A stretch of DNA of 63,553 nt, filler included, from Atractiella rhizophila (taxonomy: Eukaryota), in assembly GCA_021432655.1 (NCBI GenBank). It is 3 parts of 3 records of this genome, joined end to end, with 100 filler letters (N's around TTAATTAATTAA, not from the genome) between each part and the next. Parts side by side here need not be neighbours in the genome. Positions count along the whole stretch, not along the records: positions 1 to 21,227 come from MU271773.1; positions 21,328 to 46,745 come from MU271774.1; 1 more part is not named here. One strand, written 5' to 3'. Position numbers and translations under genes: made by a program. How positions within the stretch are numbered: position 1 is the first letter of the stretch; every line of letters begins with the position of its first letter. Shown here piece by piece: positions 12,041 to 24,535 of this stretch. Below the pieces are notes generated by a model. It did not search any database, had not been told where the DNA came from, and worked only from the letters and a program-made list of their open reading frames with translations.

Positions 12041-14289
12041 ATGCAACCTCTCACCACAACCCACCGTACTGAGATAGATGTTTATGTGCCCAGCATCAGC
12101 TATCCTAAGGCATATCGAGCGACTGAAAAGGAGGTGAGGGGGACATGGGTGTCTATGAACATAGAGGGGTTTATGGGGATGATTGAGAAGAGCAGTCCAA
12201 TAGCTGAGGCAGCACTTTCCGAGCTGATGAAAACACGCCAGCCAATCGTACTGCCAACTGCTGAGCCGCTGCAATACAACGTCGTAGTAAGTGCTGTGCT
12301 TTCTGCCGCTCACGGGAGTGGATTTCATAGATCGAATAGATCGATGCGATGAGCGGTTATTTGGATGATGGATGGCAGCAGGTCAATACATCTGCTCCAT
12401 CGACATCAACATCCCCAACGTCTTCGACGCGACTAGTGCCAAACCGGATATCCTTCTTTATTCGCCACCCAGACGGGGAGTCGACGGTCGAATGACGGAT
12501 ATGAAGGAAGCTGAATTGTTCTGGGAGTTTAAAAATGGTGTGCACCCGTTTCACGATGCTCCCAAAACGGAAACGCACAGGGGCATGGGCAAGGCGAATG
12601 CCGACGAACCTGACATCAAAAACGATGCCTTGCAAGCGGCGATGGGGAGGGACGAATACGAGGATACTCCAAGCGGCTTTGAGAATGGAGCCGACAGTGC
12701 GGTGGAACTTCGCGGTCGAATAACGCTTTATAACACTGTCATTCAAATCCTCCAACACAGGACTCGCGTCTTTTCCATCTATATCGATGGAAAAATAGCG
12801 CGCCTCCTTTGCCATTCTCGTGCAGGCACAGCCGTCACCCCTCCGTTCAATTACAACGAGGAACCCCATCTTCATAAATTTTTGTTTCGATACACTCGCT
12901 CTGCCAAAGCTCAACGAGGACATGACGATACGTACAGGAAACCCAGCAACCGTGTCGGGGAATTAAATGCAAGGAAGCGCCTTGGACTTGAGGGTGACGA
13001 TCCACTATACGTCGTGGAGTTCGATTCGACGAGCTACTACGTCTCGAAACCTTTCACCAACTTTCACGAATATCCCGTCGGTCGCAACACGAAATGTTTC
13101 TGTGCATACTGCCCTGGCCTTGACAGCCTTGTCCTTTTGAAGGATATATGGAGGAAGATGGAGTACGAAAAGGAAGGAGACACACTTCGAAAACTAAATC
13201 TTGCAAACGTCCCCAACATCCCAACTGTTCTTGATGACCGCGATATGGACGGCAGCTTCCAGATATCGCGGCACCGTGTCGCCAGGCCATGCAGCATTAT
13301 ATTCAGGTAACTGACAAGATTGGACGCCGCTTTCTTCATTCACGTCTAGCTGGGAAATGGTCAACGCAGTCTGTGATGCCATTCGAGGCCGATTCGAGGT
13401 ATGTTTCTGCCTTGTTGTTACTGGTTGTCTGACCCGAGCACAGCCCACGAAGCCGCATGGGAGAGGACGACGATTTTATACCGCGATATTTCATCAGGCA
13501 ATATCCTTATTTATGATCTACCATCAACATCTGATGATGAGCCAAGAACCTCCCAAGTGTTGAACCTGAGGTTCATCAGAGTGACAGAACGAAGAAAAGA
13601 TGAACCTCAGATAGCTGAAAACAGACTAAACTACGGGAGCGGGCGGAACTGACACCAGATGCGATAGCCAACTCGAGAGAACGAAAAGAACGTAAAGACG
13701 AAAACATAATAACTTCAACACCAAGGACTCTTGATTGATTGGGAAATGGCAAAAGTGGGCCTTTCCCAGGACTCCAGAACGCACTGTAAGATAATCCACC
13801 GGTTAATTGTGCAAGTCATTCAAACTGGTGACTGTTTAAGGCACCCATCAGTTCTTAGCTCTTGAACTCATGGGTCCAGATCACATCCCGCATGGACCTC
13901 GACACGACCTGGAATCGTTCATCTACGTCTTGTTTTGGATCACACTACGCCATGCTAGCACGTTGATGTCAGACTACAAAAGAACAGAGTTGCTCCGAAA
14001 TTTCGATCGGAAGAGTACGATGGCGGCCAGTTACGCGGCGAAATTGACTTTTCTGAAGTCCCCCACCCAAGTGTTACATCTTCGTCTGGATACGCCAGGG
14101 CTGCGCGATGTGCTCCAGTCAGTCTGGGGGCCCTTCCAAACTTACATGGATACAACCGAACTTGGAAATGAAGGCGACAGAAGCATCGTGACGCATTCTC
14201 ATCTCATCCTGAAGCTTGCATCCGGCCTTAGAGACGAGAAGTGGAAACGTACGAAGGATGCTGCAGTCGAGTACAAGGTGCAGAAGTGA
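12041..14289 (+). CDS. Second fungal-type protein kinase (FunK1); possibly disrupted between 13650 and 13715
   Basis: GRNTKCF, LLKDIWR, YRDISSGNILI, GLLIDWEMA, GTHQFLA and HDLESFIYVLFW. In-frame stops lie between the catalytic loop and the DWE motif unless an intron removes them. Confidence 0.8.
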
Positions 14290-14927
14290 CCAAGAGATCA
14301 CGCAGATGACGATGGAGAGGATCAAGAAAGAACGGAAAGTGGTCAAGGAATAAAGGTGCGAGCGGTAGTCAACGCAATGGAAGGGTTTCGAGGAGCACGA
14401 AGAGCGCGGCGGGAAGTACGAAGAGATCTGCCAGTCGAACGAGAAGCAGGGTTGGATCGTGGAGTATCGAGAAGGACAGGTTTAAAGAGCCAAGGATGAT
14501 GTGAGTTTGAACTAGGTTACTTGCGTGCAGAAACTGAAGGATTCTGTCTAATATATATTCTTTATTCCTGATGCTGTTTCGCTGCTTTCCCTTTAGGACA
14601 TAATGTAACAATCTGATAGGTAGAACTGTGATATCTTCGGGTTATAAAGTGACGGGTTTGAGAAGCTTAAGGAATGATTCCCTTTGACAGACAGTCCACT
14701 TGAATTCTACTTTCCAAACAGTAAGAGAGAGACATATCCAAGATGTTGTGATATTCACCTTCACGATTCATGGAGGGTTAGGTTTCAGAATGTTCTTCTA
14801 TCAATCTACTGTGACATTTAATGGGAAATCGTTGTGCAGAATAAAGAGATTTGATTTTAGGCAAAGCCTCAAAAAGCTAGATCCTGAGAGTATACGCCGG
14901 TGCGCTTAGCGAATACACCTGTACGTC

Positions 14928-16750
14928 TCACTGCTTGGCTCCTATACGACTCAACCGCTCTTTGTCCATCTTCACAGCACGCCTCCAAAGTTCCTCAGTC
15001 AGATGCTTCTCTCCCAGTGAAAGAGTGAGCAGTCTACGCCAACCGGGAAATCGGATCAGTGTATGAAGGGAAGGGAAGGGAAAGGAGCAGTGAGATGAAG
15101 CAAACCGCATAAGTGTGATACGTCTCCCTAGATCTCCCTCCACCACCTGCACAACGTTCTCCTTCCTCCATGCCGAGAAATCTGACGCAATTATCTGAGT
15201 CCCGGAAAGCCGTCAGCGTGTGCAGATGGTTTTCAGGTGGCTGACTTACTTCGCTTAGTGTCGGCGACAGTTCCACCTCTTTATCATTCGCGCTGCTGGA
15301 GAGATGCTGAATATAACCTCGAAGTCTGTCTAGGGACTCTCCGCTTCTAACCTCATGTTGCATCGGTGAATCGGAAGGTAAGACAGAAACAACAGCGTCT
15401 GTCTGGGCTACCCATTAATTTGCACTTGCCTGAGGACAAGGTGACACCTACAACAACGATCGGTGTCCCGTGCGAGAGCACAATGAACCCGATATCTGTG
15501 GGAAAAGAAAAGGATGAGAAAGGGAAGGTATAGTCCAGTTTTTGTTCTCTGACAGCAGTCTGAAGCGCGTGGAGATTCTTTAAACCTGTACCGTAACATG
15601 TCAACAAACCGTGTATGATTTCAGGAGAGGAAGGTGTGCCTCCTTCGTTCAGTGCCCCTTCAGACAAGTGCGTCATGTCCACGCCTACAATCTGGCCGTC
15701 TGGCACTTGCAATAAACCTTTTGTTAAGGAATCACCGTCGGAGATGGGAGAAAGTTTGATTGATGGATTGTTAAGATACCCAAGGGAGGTATGTAGCGTA
15801 AAGAAGCGCGGAAGAAGCTGAGCCAACGACTCGAATATAGGCGGGACGTGTGTTGTTGCGGTAGGGAGGGACAGTGCGATAGAAAGACGGCCGAGGGGTG
15901 GTGATCGAGTGTGTCTGAATACTCTGTCAGAGAATGATGCAAGGGAAGGGAGAGAAACTTGCATCCGACTTATGACGGAGAGGAGGAGCCATTCAGCCGC
16001 ATGTTGGTCGCCGCTTAGTCCGTCAGTCAAATACCTCAGGGTCTCTTCGCGCAGAGTCTCAAACTCTTCGGTGGCTGGTATTGGAAGTGACAAGTCGTCT
16101 AGAGGTTCCATGTATAAAACATGAACTGTCGGTAGCTTCTCGTCTCCATTCTGGGTGACGAGATAGTCTTCCATGTCGAGGGAGGCGAGGTGGTCTTCAA
16201 CTGATACACTGTTACCCCTTACCATGGAGGAGGGGTCTGAAGGTGGATAGAATATCCCTACGCATTGAAGTAGTGAAGTCGAACGTAGCGAGTTCGCGAG
16301 AGTAGGGTCATACAACTTCAAAATGTAGCGCGAGTATGATCTTTCTGTCTTCATTCCCAAGTTCTAATCCACAGGTAAAGAACTGAATACCATCATTCCA
16401 GAAAGGATATAGCGTACCTCGCGAATCCACCCACTATCAACGTCCTCAACGATAATCACGCTGCGTTCTTCCCACTCTGCCTGTTCAACATTTCCCCCAT
16501 CATCCTCAAGCTCTATCTTGTCAACATATCTAAAGCCAGTCGGTACGATTTCTTCACCCCTCGTCGTGTCGATCACCATACATCTCAGCCTCACCAAAGA
16601 AGCAGGCGGTGTGGTGTTATCAGCATAAGGCGGCGAGATTTGGAGGTCACAAAAGGAGGATGAAATGGAGAGGTGCGTCTGCGGATCAGGGAAGGAACGA
16701 ATGTACTCTAAAGGAGCACAGAGAGCAACTGATGACGGGGAGGGAGACAT
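14928..16750 (-). CDS. MCMBP: Mini-chromosome maintenance complex-binding protein (MCM-BP), multi-exon
   Basis: SLVRLRCMVIDT, GDQHAAEWLLL, GLLQVPDG..VDMTHLSEGALNE, LDYTFPFS, TLMRFASS...LTEELW. Confidence 0.85.
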
Positions 16751-16781
16751 TTCGATGAAGATGAAAGTGGTCGTTCCTACA

Positions 16782-16795
16782 CGCGACGCGTCGCG
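16782..16795. promoter_or_regulatory. MCB (ACGCGT) cell-cycle box within a 14-bp palindrome CGCGACGCGTCGCG upstream of MCM-BP
   Basis: Lies 32 bp upstream of the ATG at 16750; MCB boxes typify G1/S replication genes in fungi. Confidence 0.55.
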
Positions 16796-17062
16796 CCACT
16801 TAATCGACTGTCCTGAACTCAGGAAAATCACATGAAACAGGATTGGGGTGCAATACAGGGTGCAATGGGTTAAGATTTGACGACCGATGTCTCCCATCAG
16901 ACTGAACATTTCATGTTGGAAGCGAGAGCTTCCATAGCACCAATCATCGAAAGCCAATTTCAGCTAATATTCTTAGTTATTATTCCCTTAATGGTGATTT
17001 TTAGTTGTAAGGATCGAAACTACAAGAAAATACACGACCACCTCAAATCTCCTACTTCCTAC

Positions 17063-19067
17063 CTAAACAACATCTGAAATATTCACCCTATCCCAATCTC
17101 AATGTTATTGCACTGGGATCTAGCAGAGGGGAGGGCTTACGGCATCTCATCGATCTGAGTAGCGTAATATTGCTCAATGTCCCTCAAAATCTTCACGTCA
17201 TCCAAGGTGACAAACTAGTCCATTCTATCAATACATGCAAAGCCCGTGAGTTGAAAGACCAACGTTTATAGCAACACCTTTTCGTCCAAAACGTCCAGAA
17301 CGACCGATACGATGAATATAAGCTTCACGGTTGTTGGGCAGGTCATAGTTGATGACCAGCGACACTTGCTGGACATCGAGGCCCCTCGACCTAATCAGTC
17401 CCAACGAACCTTAGCTCCACTCTACGAAATGTTTGACGACAAACACGCACCAAACGTCGGTGGAGATGAGCACCCTCGAGTTACCCTGCCTGAACTCTCC
17501 CATGATAGCATCCCTCTCCGGCTGGGGCATGTCACCATGCATCGAAGCGACGGTGAAGTTGGCATCTCGCATCTTCTCGGCAAGCCAGTCGACCTTCTTC
17601 CGCGTGTTGCAGAAAATAACAGCTTGAGTAATCGTCAATGTGTCGTACAGATCGCAGAGCGTGTCAAATTTCCATTCCTCTTTGTCCACGGCTAGAACCA
17701 GCGAAGATCATAAACGTTGGTGTCAAAAGAGATGACGCACGTACCAACGAAGAATTGTTTAATTCCCTCGAGCGTCAACTCATCACGTTTCACCAATATC
17801 CTTATCGGGTCGGTCATGAACTTGTTCGTCATCTCCAACACATCGTAGGGAAGAGTAGCCGATAGAATAACGACCTGAGTTTGTGGAGGGAGATACCTAT
17901 GGACATTTGTCACTTTCGACACTTCCCAAGGGCATCAGAACGAACCTATAGACGTCGTACACCTGGTCCTTGAATCCTCGGTTCAAGAGCTCGTCCGCCT
18001 CATCCAGTACAAGCATCTTGATATTCCTCGTTCGAAGATGTCGGCGTTTGATCATGTCGAAGACGCGACCAGGAGTGCCAGAGACGACATGTTGCCCGTA
18101 GTCCAATTTGCGGATATCCTCGCCGATGGACGTGCCGCCGATGCAAGCATGGCATTGGACATTCTGGAGAGAAATACAGTCAGTTTCATTAAGCAATTGG
18201 CGCAGCTTCGCGGCAGGAATACAACTTGTAAAAGAACAAGGTGATTGGAAGGCGGAAACAGGGGGCGTTTATACTATCTTCACGTATCTGACCTAATACT
18301 GTTGAAGCCACCATCAGCTGTGAAGAGCAAGTAAATTGCTGCGTTTAGATGGCGGTGATACAACAACATTTCTTCAGGAGAAGCCAACAGGAATGAGATG
18401 CGGTTGTTCTACCGTTCAAGCAATGACAACTGATGCAGAAATAACAATTTGTTCGCCTTCTTTTCATGTGTCCAGAGCCTTCGTTTGAAAAATTAAGAAC
18501 TAGAAAGGGACCGTACGCCCACATTTGTTCATGTCAATTGTCCAGCATGGGATACTTCGTTGGAGAAAAGGGAAAGGGGTTTCCATCTGAGCATCTGAGC
18601 ATCAAAATTCGCCCATGAAAAGAAAGCTATTGGAGAAGCGGAAGAGCAAGAGAAGCGAACTCATTCGCAGGAGTAGATTGTTTGAGAAATGGCCACCCTA
18701 CATGGAAAGAGAGACGCACCATATAATCACCCAAAGCAAGCACTACACTCTGAATCTGGGTAGCCAGTTCCCTCGTGGGACTGAGCACCAGAGCTTGAGT
18801 CTCCCTGAGCTGGGTGTCTATGCTCTGCAAAATGCTAATGCTGAAAGTGGCAGTCTTTCCCGTCCCGCTCTGAGCCTGTGCGATGACATCGCGTCCCTTG
18901 GTGATGGGCAGGATGGCACGCTGTTGGATAGCTGAAGGCTTCTCGAAGTTGTATGCGTATATGCCTCTGAGCAGGTCGTCCTTCAATCCGAGCGAGTCGA
19001 AGGTGGGCGCAATTGTCACTGACTCGGAGGTCTCGAACTGGAGGCGTGCGTCGGTGCTGGGATCCAT
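17063..19067 (-). CDS. FAL1: DEAD-box helicase eIF4A-III / Fal1 (EJC core), multi-exon with a 556-nt first intron (18164-18719)
   Basis: [77 protein letters not shown]-terminal QIDEMPVNISDVV*. Confidence 0.96.
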
Positions 19068-19105
19068 CGTACTCGACAACTTGGAGGTTGCTGTTGGTTG
19101 CTGAA

Positions 19106-21227
19106 AAGTTAACCACGGTGGCCAAGGGGCTCAACCTTGCTTCAGGGGTCTGTTTCTTCCCGACAGCACCTGCTTCATAGCTTCGTTCTGTTACAAAGGC
19201 CCTTGTGAGTGCATTCTCATGACCATTAAATCTGCTTTACCGAGATCCTTATTTTTACATCACTTACTTTTTTTCCATTACATAGGTGAATAGCATGGCA
19301 ACTCCATCACACCCGTGAACTGCCTCAACCACATCTATCCTTGCGGGCCAGGGCCATCCAAGCCGCATCATATTCCATTTACGTGAACATATTGAAATTC
19401 TCACCGTCCTGAGGAAGCTCGAATAGTTGCGGCTCGAACTTCTGGACTAATCACAAATCACAGCTGTCAGTACGTTACGTTAGCAAACGACTGATACAAT
19501 CGAGGTCTCTTGAGGAATTCGAATACTTCTACGACTCAAAACCGGACGTCCCAATTACCCCGTCATTACCAACCTTCGAGCATAGACGCCGCCTGAGAAC
19601 GTAACATTAGGTGGAGGTCTGCCTCCCACTCCGAGGGCGAGGGAGAGCGCCGTCGGACCAACGTGCGACATCGAATATGTTAGAATTCTATGCCACCTCT
19701 AACGACTTCTTCATGGACTCTGACAAAGCTCTCCTCTTGCTGGCGGACGTGTTGTCGATTCGGTCCACCGGTTACTCTGCATTGCACGAAGCTAGTTTGG
19801 TACGAAGTGGAAACGTGATTCGTACACCTTCAGCAGGAAAGACACAACAACAAGAGTAAATCCTGGGTAATCGATGACGCATCAATGGCTTTTCGATGGG
19901 AGCCGATATTCACATTTGTCCTGCAGAACTCCTACCGCCCCTCTCCCTTCCTCTCTTGCATCGACATGCCAATCACTCGTGCTCATTTAGTGGCAGTATA
20001 CAAGTTGTAGACGCGGATACGGTGCTCAGTCGGCGCAACCTCCTCATGATGCTTTGTACAAAGTAATTCCATGTATCTTCCTCGCTCCTGGATGTTGGGA
20101 TGTTGGATTGGTCAACATAGCATTGGACTTGCTTGTAAGTGCGCGGTCAACTCTCTGTTACATTCGACCAAAGTTTTTAACCTTTCAAACCTTGTTAGAC
20201 GTTAGTAGGCCACCTCTACCCAAAGCAGAGCTGATGTCAAAGTTCCTAGTTCGAGTTTCGGACTCAAACAACGTGGACAATGTTTTTTCAGTGCTGAAAA
20301 GTTGGGTTCTATAATATATAGTCTGAAAATCGAGGCGGAAACTTCCTCCTTCATTTTTCATACAATAGGAATCAGTCAAAAACTGGTGTAGTCTAAAGAC
20401 TTCGAAGTGGATACCTGATACGCTAGACGAAAACTTAAAGACGTTGAATGAGCTAGAGCCGTTTGAGATCTTGTAAAAGTCCACTGTCTTGCTCCTCTCC
20501 TTCCTGGGGCATGTGAGTTAGGTGGCAAGGTTGAAGTCAACTGCTTGTAAAACTTCAACTAACCCGTCTTAAGAACTCCAACCGTTCGTATTGCGAGTAG
20601 CTACACAAAGTTCGGGGGTAAAAAACACTCTGGAACCTGGCTAATGGTTTGGATTGCCCAAACGTAGAGTAGTCGACGAAAGGGAAGTGTAAGGCTATAG
20701 TTCTTATAACCGGTGCAGATCTCGTCGAATGAGACTCCAAAAAGGGAGAGCGAACCAAACTGTCTGATGTTAAGTCCTGGAAAGCAACCTCCTTGGTAAC
20801 TACGAAAGATTGAAGGGTTTAGACTGAAGCGACCTGTAACTACCGCCAGTGCTTGTGTCGTTACAAGAGAGTAGATTGAAGAAAGTAGTTCAGGTTGACA
20901 GGTTTCACTCACTTGAAGACGTATTTTACCACAGTAAGACACCGAAAAACTGCCTAAACATTTGAAAGAACTACGAAATTTAAGCTTTCTTAGTAGCGTT
21001 AAAGTGGAGGTCTATAAGATACCCGTTACCCTACTACCGCTATGGCTCTTCCGCCGTTTCTTCGTTCCTCGTCTACCTACCGTAAGGAAATGTAAACTTT
21101 TGAAAACTTTGTCTACCCTCTTGTCCCTCTTATATGAGTAAACTCGAGGTTCTTGGTTCACGTCAACTTTACCATATACTTCTTCAAGACATGAAACTCG
21201 CTTTTCCGAGTGAAAACTTAATGTATT
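19106..21227. other. 'Mirror' segment: reads as a frameshifted F-box/LRR-like gene only when complemented without reversal
   Basis: The complement-only text gives an open frame at 20436-20801 with LDRLPNLTGLHLISC and WPRLEQLTLR, FPNLTSLDID at 20813, and GCTGAC...TAG at 19488-19501. Confidence 0.85.
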
Positions 21228-21327
21228 NNNNNNNNNNNNNNNNNNNNNNNNNNNNNNNNNNNNNNNNNNNNTTAATTAATTAANNNNNNNNNNNNNNNNN
21301 NNNNNNNNNNNNNNNNNNNNNNNNNNN
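21228..21327. other. Scaffold gap with artificial TTAATTAATTAA linker (44 N + 12 + 44 N)
   Basis: Linker at 21272-21283 gives stops in all six frames; the identical construct occurs at 46746-46845. Confidence 0.97.
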
Positions 21328-21816
21328 CAGTAAGAAAGGCTGTTAATGCAGAAGCAACGCTCTCTTTGCTGTAAGGTAGACTAGGCTTTGGGAGCTTATT
21401 CCAAGCATTCGAGCCTGAAGCAACAGGACTACAATAACGAAACATGAAACCTTGAATAGGACTCTACTAGTCCAACAAGCGAACGATAAAGATCACTCAC
21501 TTGCAAAAGACAGATAAATCGCCCGCTCAGGCTGGACTAGCTTTGCTTGCCAATACAAAAAGCACCTCTGCAGCGAGAAAGATCACAGAAGCGCCTGCTC
21601 GTTTCGATGACGTTTTAGAGGCTCCAAGCTTCCTAGCTTTTAAGGGTATTACAGCATATCCCTTCCTGCGTTGAGGAGCAACGACAGCGACGCGACAGAC
21701 GTATTTCTCTTCCGGGTTTGGGTGCCGATGGATTCCGCGTAAATGGAGCGGCATCCTCCCCCCTTCTCCTCCCGCACTCAGATGATACCAGATCCACGAC
21801 GGAGTCGGAGGTTACC

Positions 21817-22808
21817 ATGGGGGAGAAGAACTCGGACCTGCTCCTGCTCCTCCTCTCGGACTCTAACCTCCCGACCGGGGGCTTCATCTCCTCTTCCGGC
21901 CTGGAGTCCTTCACACACCACGGCATGCTCTCCCCTTCCTCCTCCTCGGCAGCTGGCAGTGCTGGTTCCGGGAAGACATTGGAAGAACGCACGGTGGCGT
22001 TTTGGGAGAACGCGGTGGTGGCGTATGCGAACCAAGGTCTGTGGTTCTTGATCGAAGCTCATAGGACCTTGGAGGGTATGAACTCGAAGCGAGGTGAGAG
22101 GGCTTTAGTGTTAGAGAAGATATTGGAGTTGGACAGGCGATACGATACCATTTTGATGAACGACGTGACGCGTCGGACGCGTGCTCAGGGTTTGGCTCAT
22201 CTGGTGTTGTTTGAGAAATGCTTCGTGGTGCCGGAGATGAAGATGGATGGCGAGAAGGTGCAGGTGTTGAAAGAGTTCAAGAACGCGGCGAGGAGGGGTG
22301 AATGTCATGCCCACCAACCCATCGCATTTGGGATACTTTGTGCAGCATTAGGCATCTCGTCCAGTAAGAACTATCCTCCCGTTGGAAGTAAGATTGAGAG
22401 TTTTTGCTGCGTGAACTATAGAAAGGACGCAATACCTCCACCTCTTCCTCTACTCCCGCTCGTTGGTCCTCCCTTCCTTTTCTCTGCCCTTCGTCTTCTA
22501 GAACATCTCATCAAACATTCCTTCGAATGAATAGCATCCTATCCGCCGCCGTCCGCCTCAACCTCATCGGTCCCTACGCTTCCCAACGCATCCTGGTAAC
22601 ACGTGGAGACGATGTCATAACCCGCGCTCTATCGTCGACCGAAAAGCTCTCCTCCCTTGCATCATCGTCAAGTCAGAGGAGCGACGCTGCGCCTACGAAA
22701 GCGGAAGTGATGCTGAATGGATTGAAGAATTCTGCAACGACTAATCCTTTGATGGAGATCTTGAGTGGCAGGCATGACGTTGTGCATAGTCGAATGTTCA
22801 ATTCTTAG
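21817..22808 (+). CDS. ureF: Urease accessory protein UreF
   Basis: LLLSDSNLPTGGFISSSGLES, HQPIAFG, SILSAAVRLNLIGP, EILSGRHDVVHSRMFNS*. Confidence 0.93.
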
Positions 22809-23090
22809 AATTTTGTTTCTTTTTTAGGGGATTGAATTTTTTCAGATTTATGCATGGGTCCTCCTCCGTCAGCGGGTGATGGTTGCTCCAGCCTCATATA
22901 CAGAAACGAAAACGCTGTCAATCGCTCCTCCTGGTGAGAGGCAGTCTCCATTCTCGTCTCCGAGTTTGATCCCGATTCCGTCAGAATTCCATGCATGTGA
23001 CGTGACTTCATAACGAGGAATCTTCGACAGCAATAATTAAATAAGCTCACAAGTTACCAGTCCAACAACATCTTGGCCCTTCAATTCAGA

Positions 23091-23682
23091 ATGTCTTCCA
23101 TGAACGCTAGCAACTCCACAACTCAAAAATCCCCCATTGCAGGACTCCTCCCTGCCCCATCCCCAGTCGTCCCCTCGTCACCTTCTCCGACTGCGAGTTC
23201 CGACGAGGCTGGCGTGGGACAGGCGAACGAGGGAAGGATCACACTTGATCTCTCTGCGGGGTCTTCGAGAGTGTCATTGTACGATGAACTTGGTTAGTTT
23301 TTGCTACTTGCGAAATCCACTCCCATAAGAGCTTTGGAGCTGATGTTATCTGACGTTGATTGGATAGGGCCGACAGTCATAAACCTGGACGGGGTACCTC
23401 TTCCACTTCTTCCTTTCTTTCTTAAACTCACGCTAAGCTAATTCGTGTATCGCTGGGTTGCGGTTGTGGAATTTCGTGGTGCCGCGATAGACGCTCTCCC
23501 GCATCTCCAACTGGAAAGAAATGAGCACGATGGAGCGAGAACGCACAGTGATGATTTTGGGAAAGAGGAACGCGATCCGAAAGGCAGATCTGGAGGTCGC
23601 TGCTCAGAAACCGATGACTGGGGTTCCGGAAAAGTTGCCGCCTATGCTTCCTCACGAGGCGACAAAGGGGGGTTCGCTGTGA
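23091..23682 (+). CDS. Small conserved uncharacterised fungal protein, 3 exons
   Basis: Spliced reading LYDELGPTVINLDGTLSRISNWKEMSTMERERTVMILGKRN resembles a widespread fungal hypothetical family (from memory, not searched). Confidence 0.75.
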
Positions 23683-24535
23683 ACATTTGAAACATGTCAT
23701 AATCTACCGTACAGTTCCCTCCTCTTATTTCGTTCCATATAGAATTCTTAGATTGATTATGGTTTGAAGGACAGGGTTTTTCTCTTGTATATACAATGAG
23801 TCGATGAACTCTCAATTACATCCTTACCCGGCTTCTCATTTGACTACGGGAGAAGGCCAAGAATCACCTTTGCATCCCTCCATGAGCCAGTCAGAAGGAG
23901 GACTTCGGCTAGCCGCTCCTTTCTCTGATCTTGACGTGTGCGCAGGGGAATGGCTTGGAATAGTTGTGAGGTTTGAGTGATGACAAGGCTTTCCTAGACT
24001 GCGAAATACGACTGCGAATGGCGAGTGTCGTCAGATCTTCACACCTTCGATCCGAGTTCAATCGTCTTTCGGTCCTCTTTCCGCTTACTCTACAGACAGT
24101 TGCGCATGTCTCAGAGGATGGTTATGCTCCTTTGAAGGAGAGAGGAGCATGAAAGCTCCGCGTTTGTCTTTCACAATAAATTAACTCATTTCTCCCAGGA
24201 AATGAAGTTGTGTTCTTGGCGTTAGTTTCTACTATGCTCCTACTGAATATTCGCAGTCCATCGCGCAGTAATCTAGACTGCGAGGTGCATGAATCTTCAT
24301 GCTTGCTGAAATTCCCCTCTGATGATTGGTCGAGATGTAGGGATCACTGGTGTCAGAATCCCAGTTCAATCAGCGATCTAGTGCGGTATCTAACGGCAGA
24401 ATGTCCCTTGGTCAGACCGGCGTAGCGGGTTGGGAGAAAGATATAAGAGCTCGATGTTCCTCCTCTCAATGGTCCTTCCTCAGGCTACAGGTATATTGAG
24501 TTTGGAATCCTTTAAGCCAGAAATAAAATCAAAAA

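Noticed and set aside
19611..20942. Short listed ORFs in this interval
   Set aside because: They lie in the mirrored segment and show no protein-like motifs on either real strand.
21272..21283. TTAATTAATTAA palindrome as a biological motif
   Set aside because: It is centred in exactly 44+44 N and repeated at 46790; an assembly linker.
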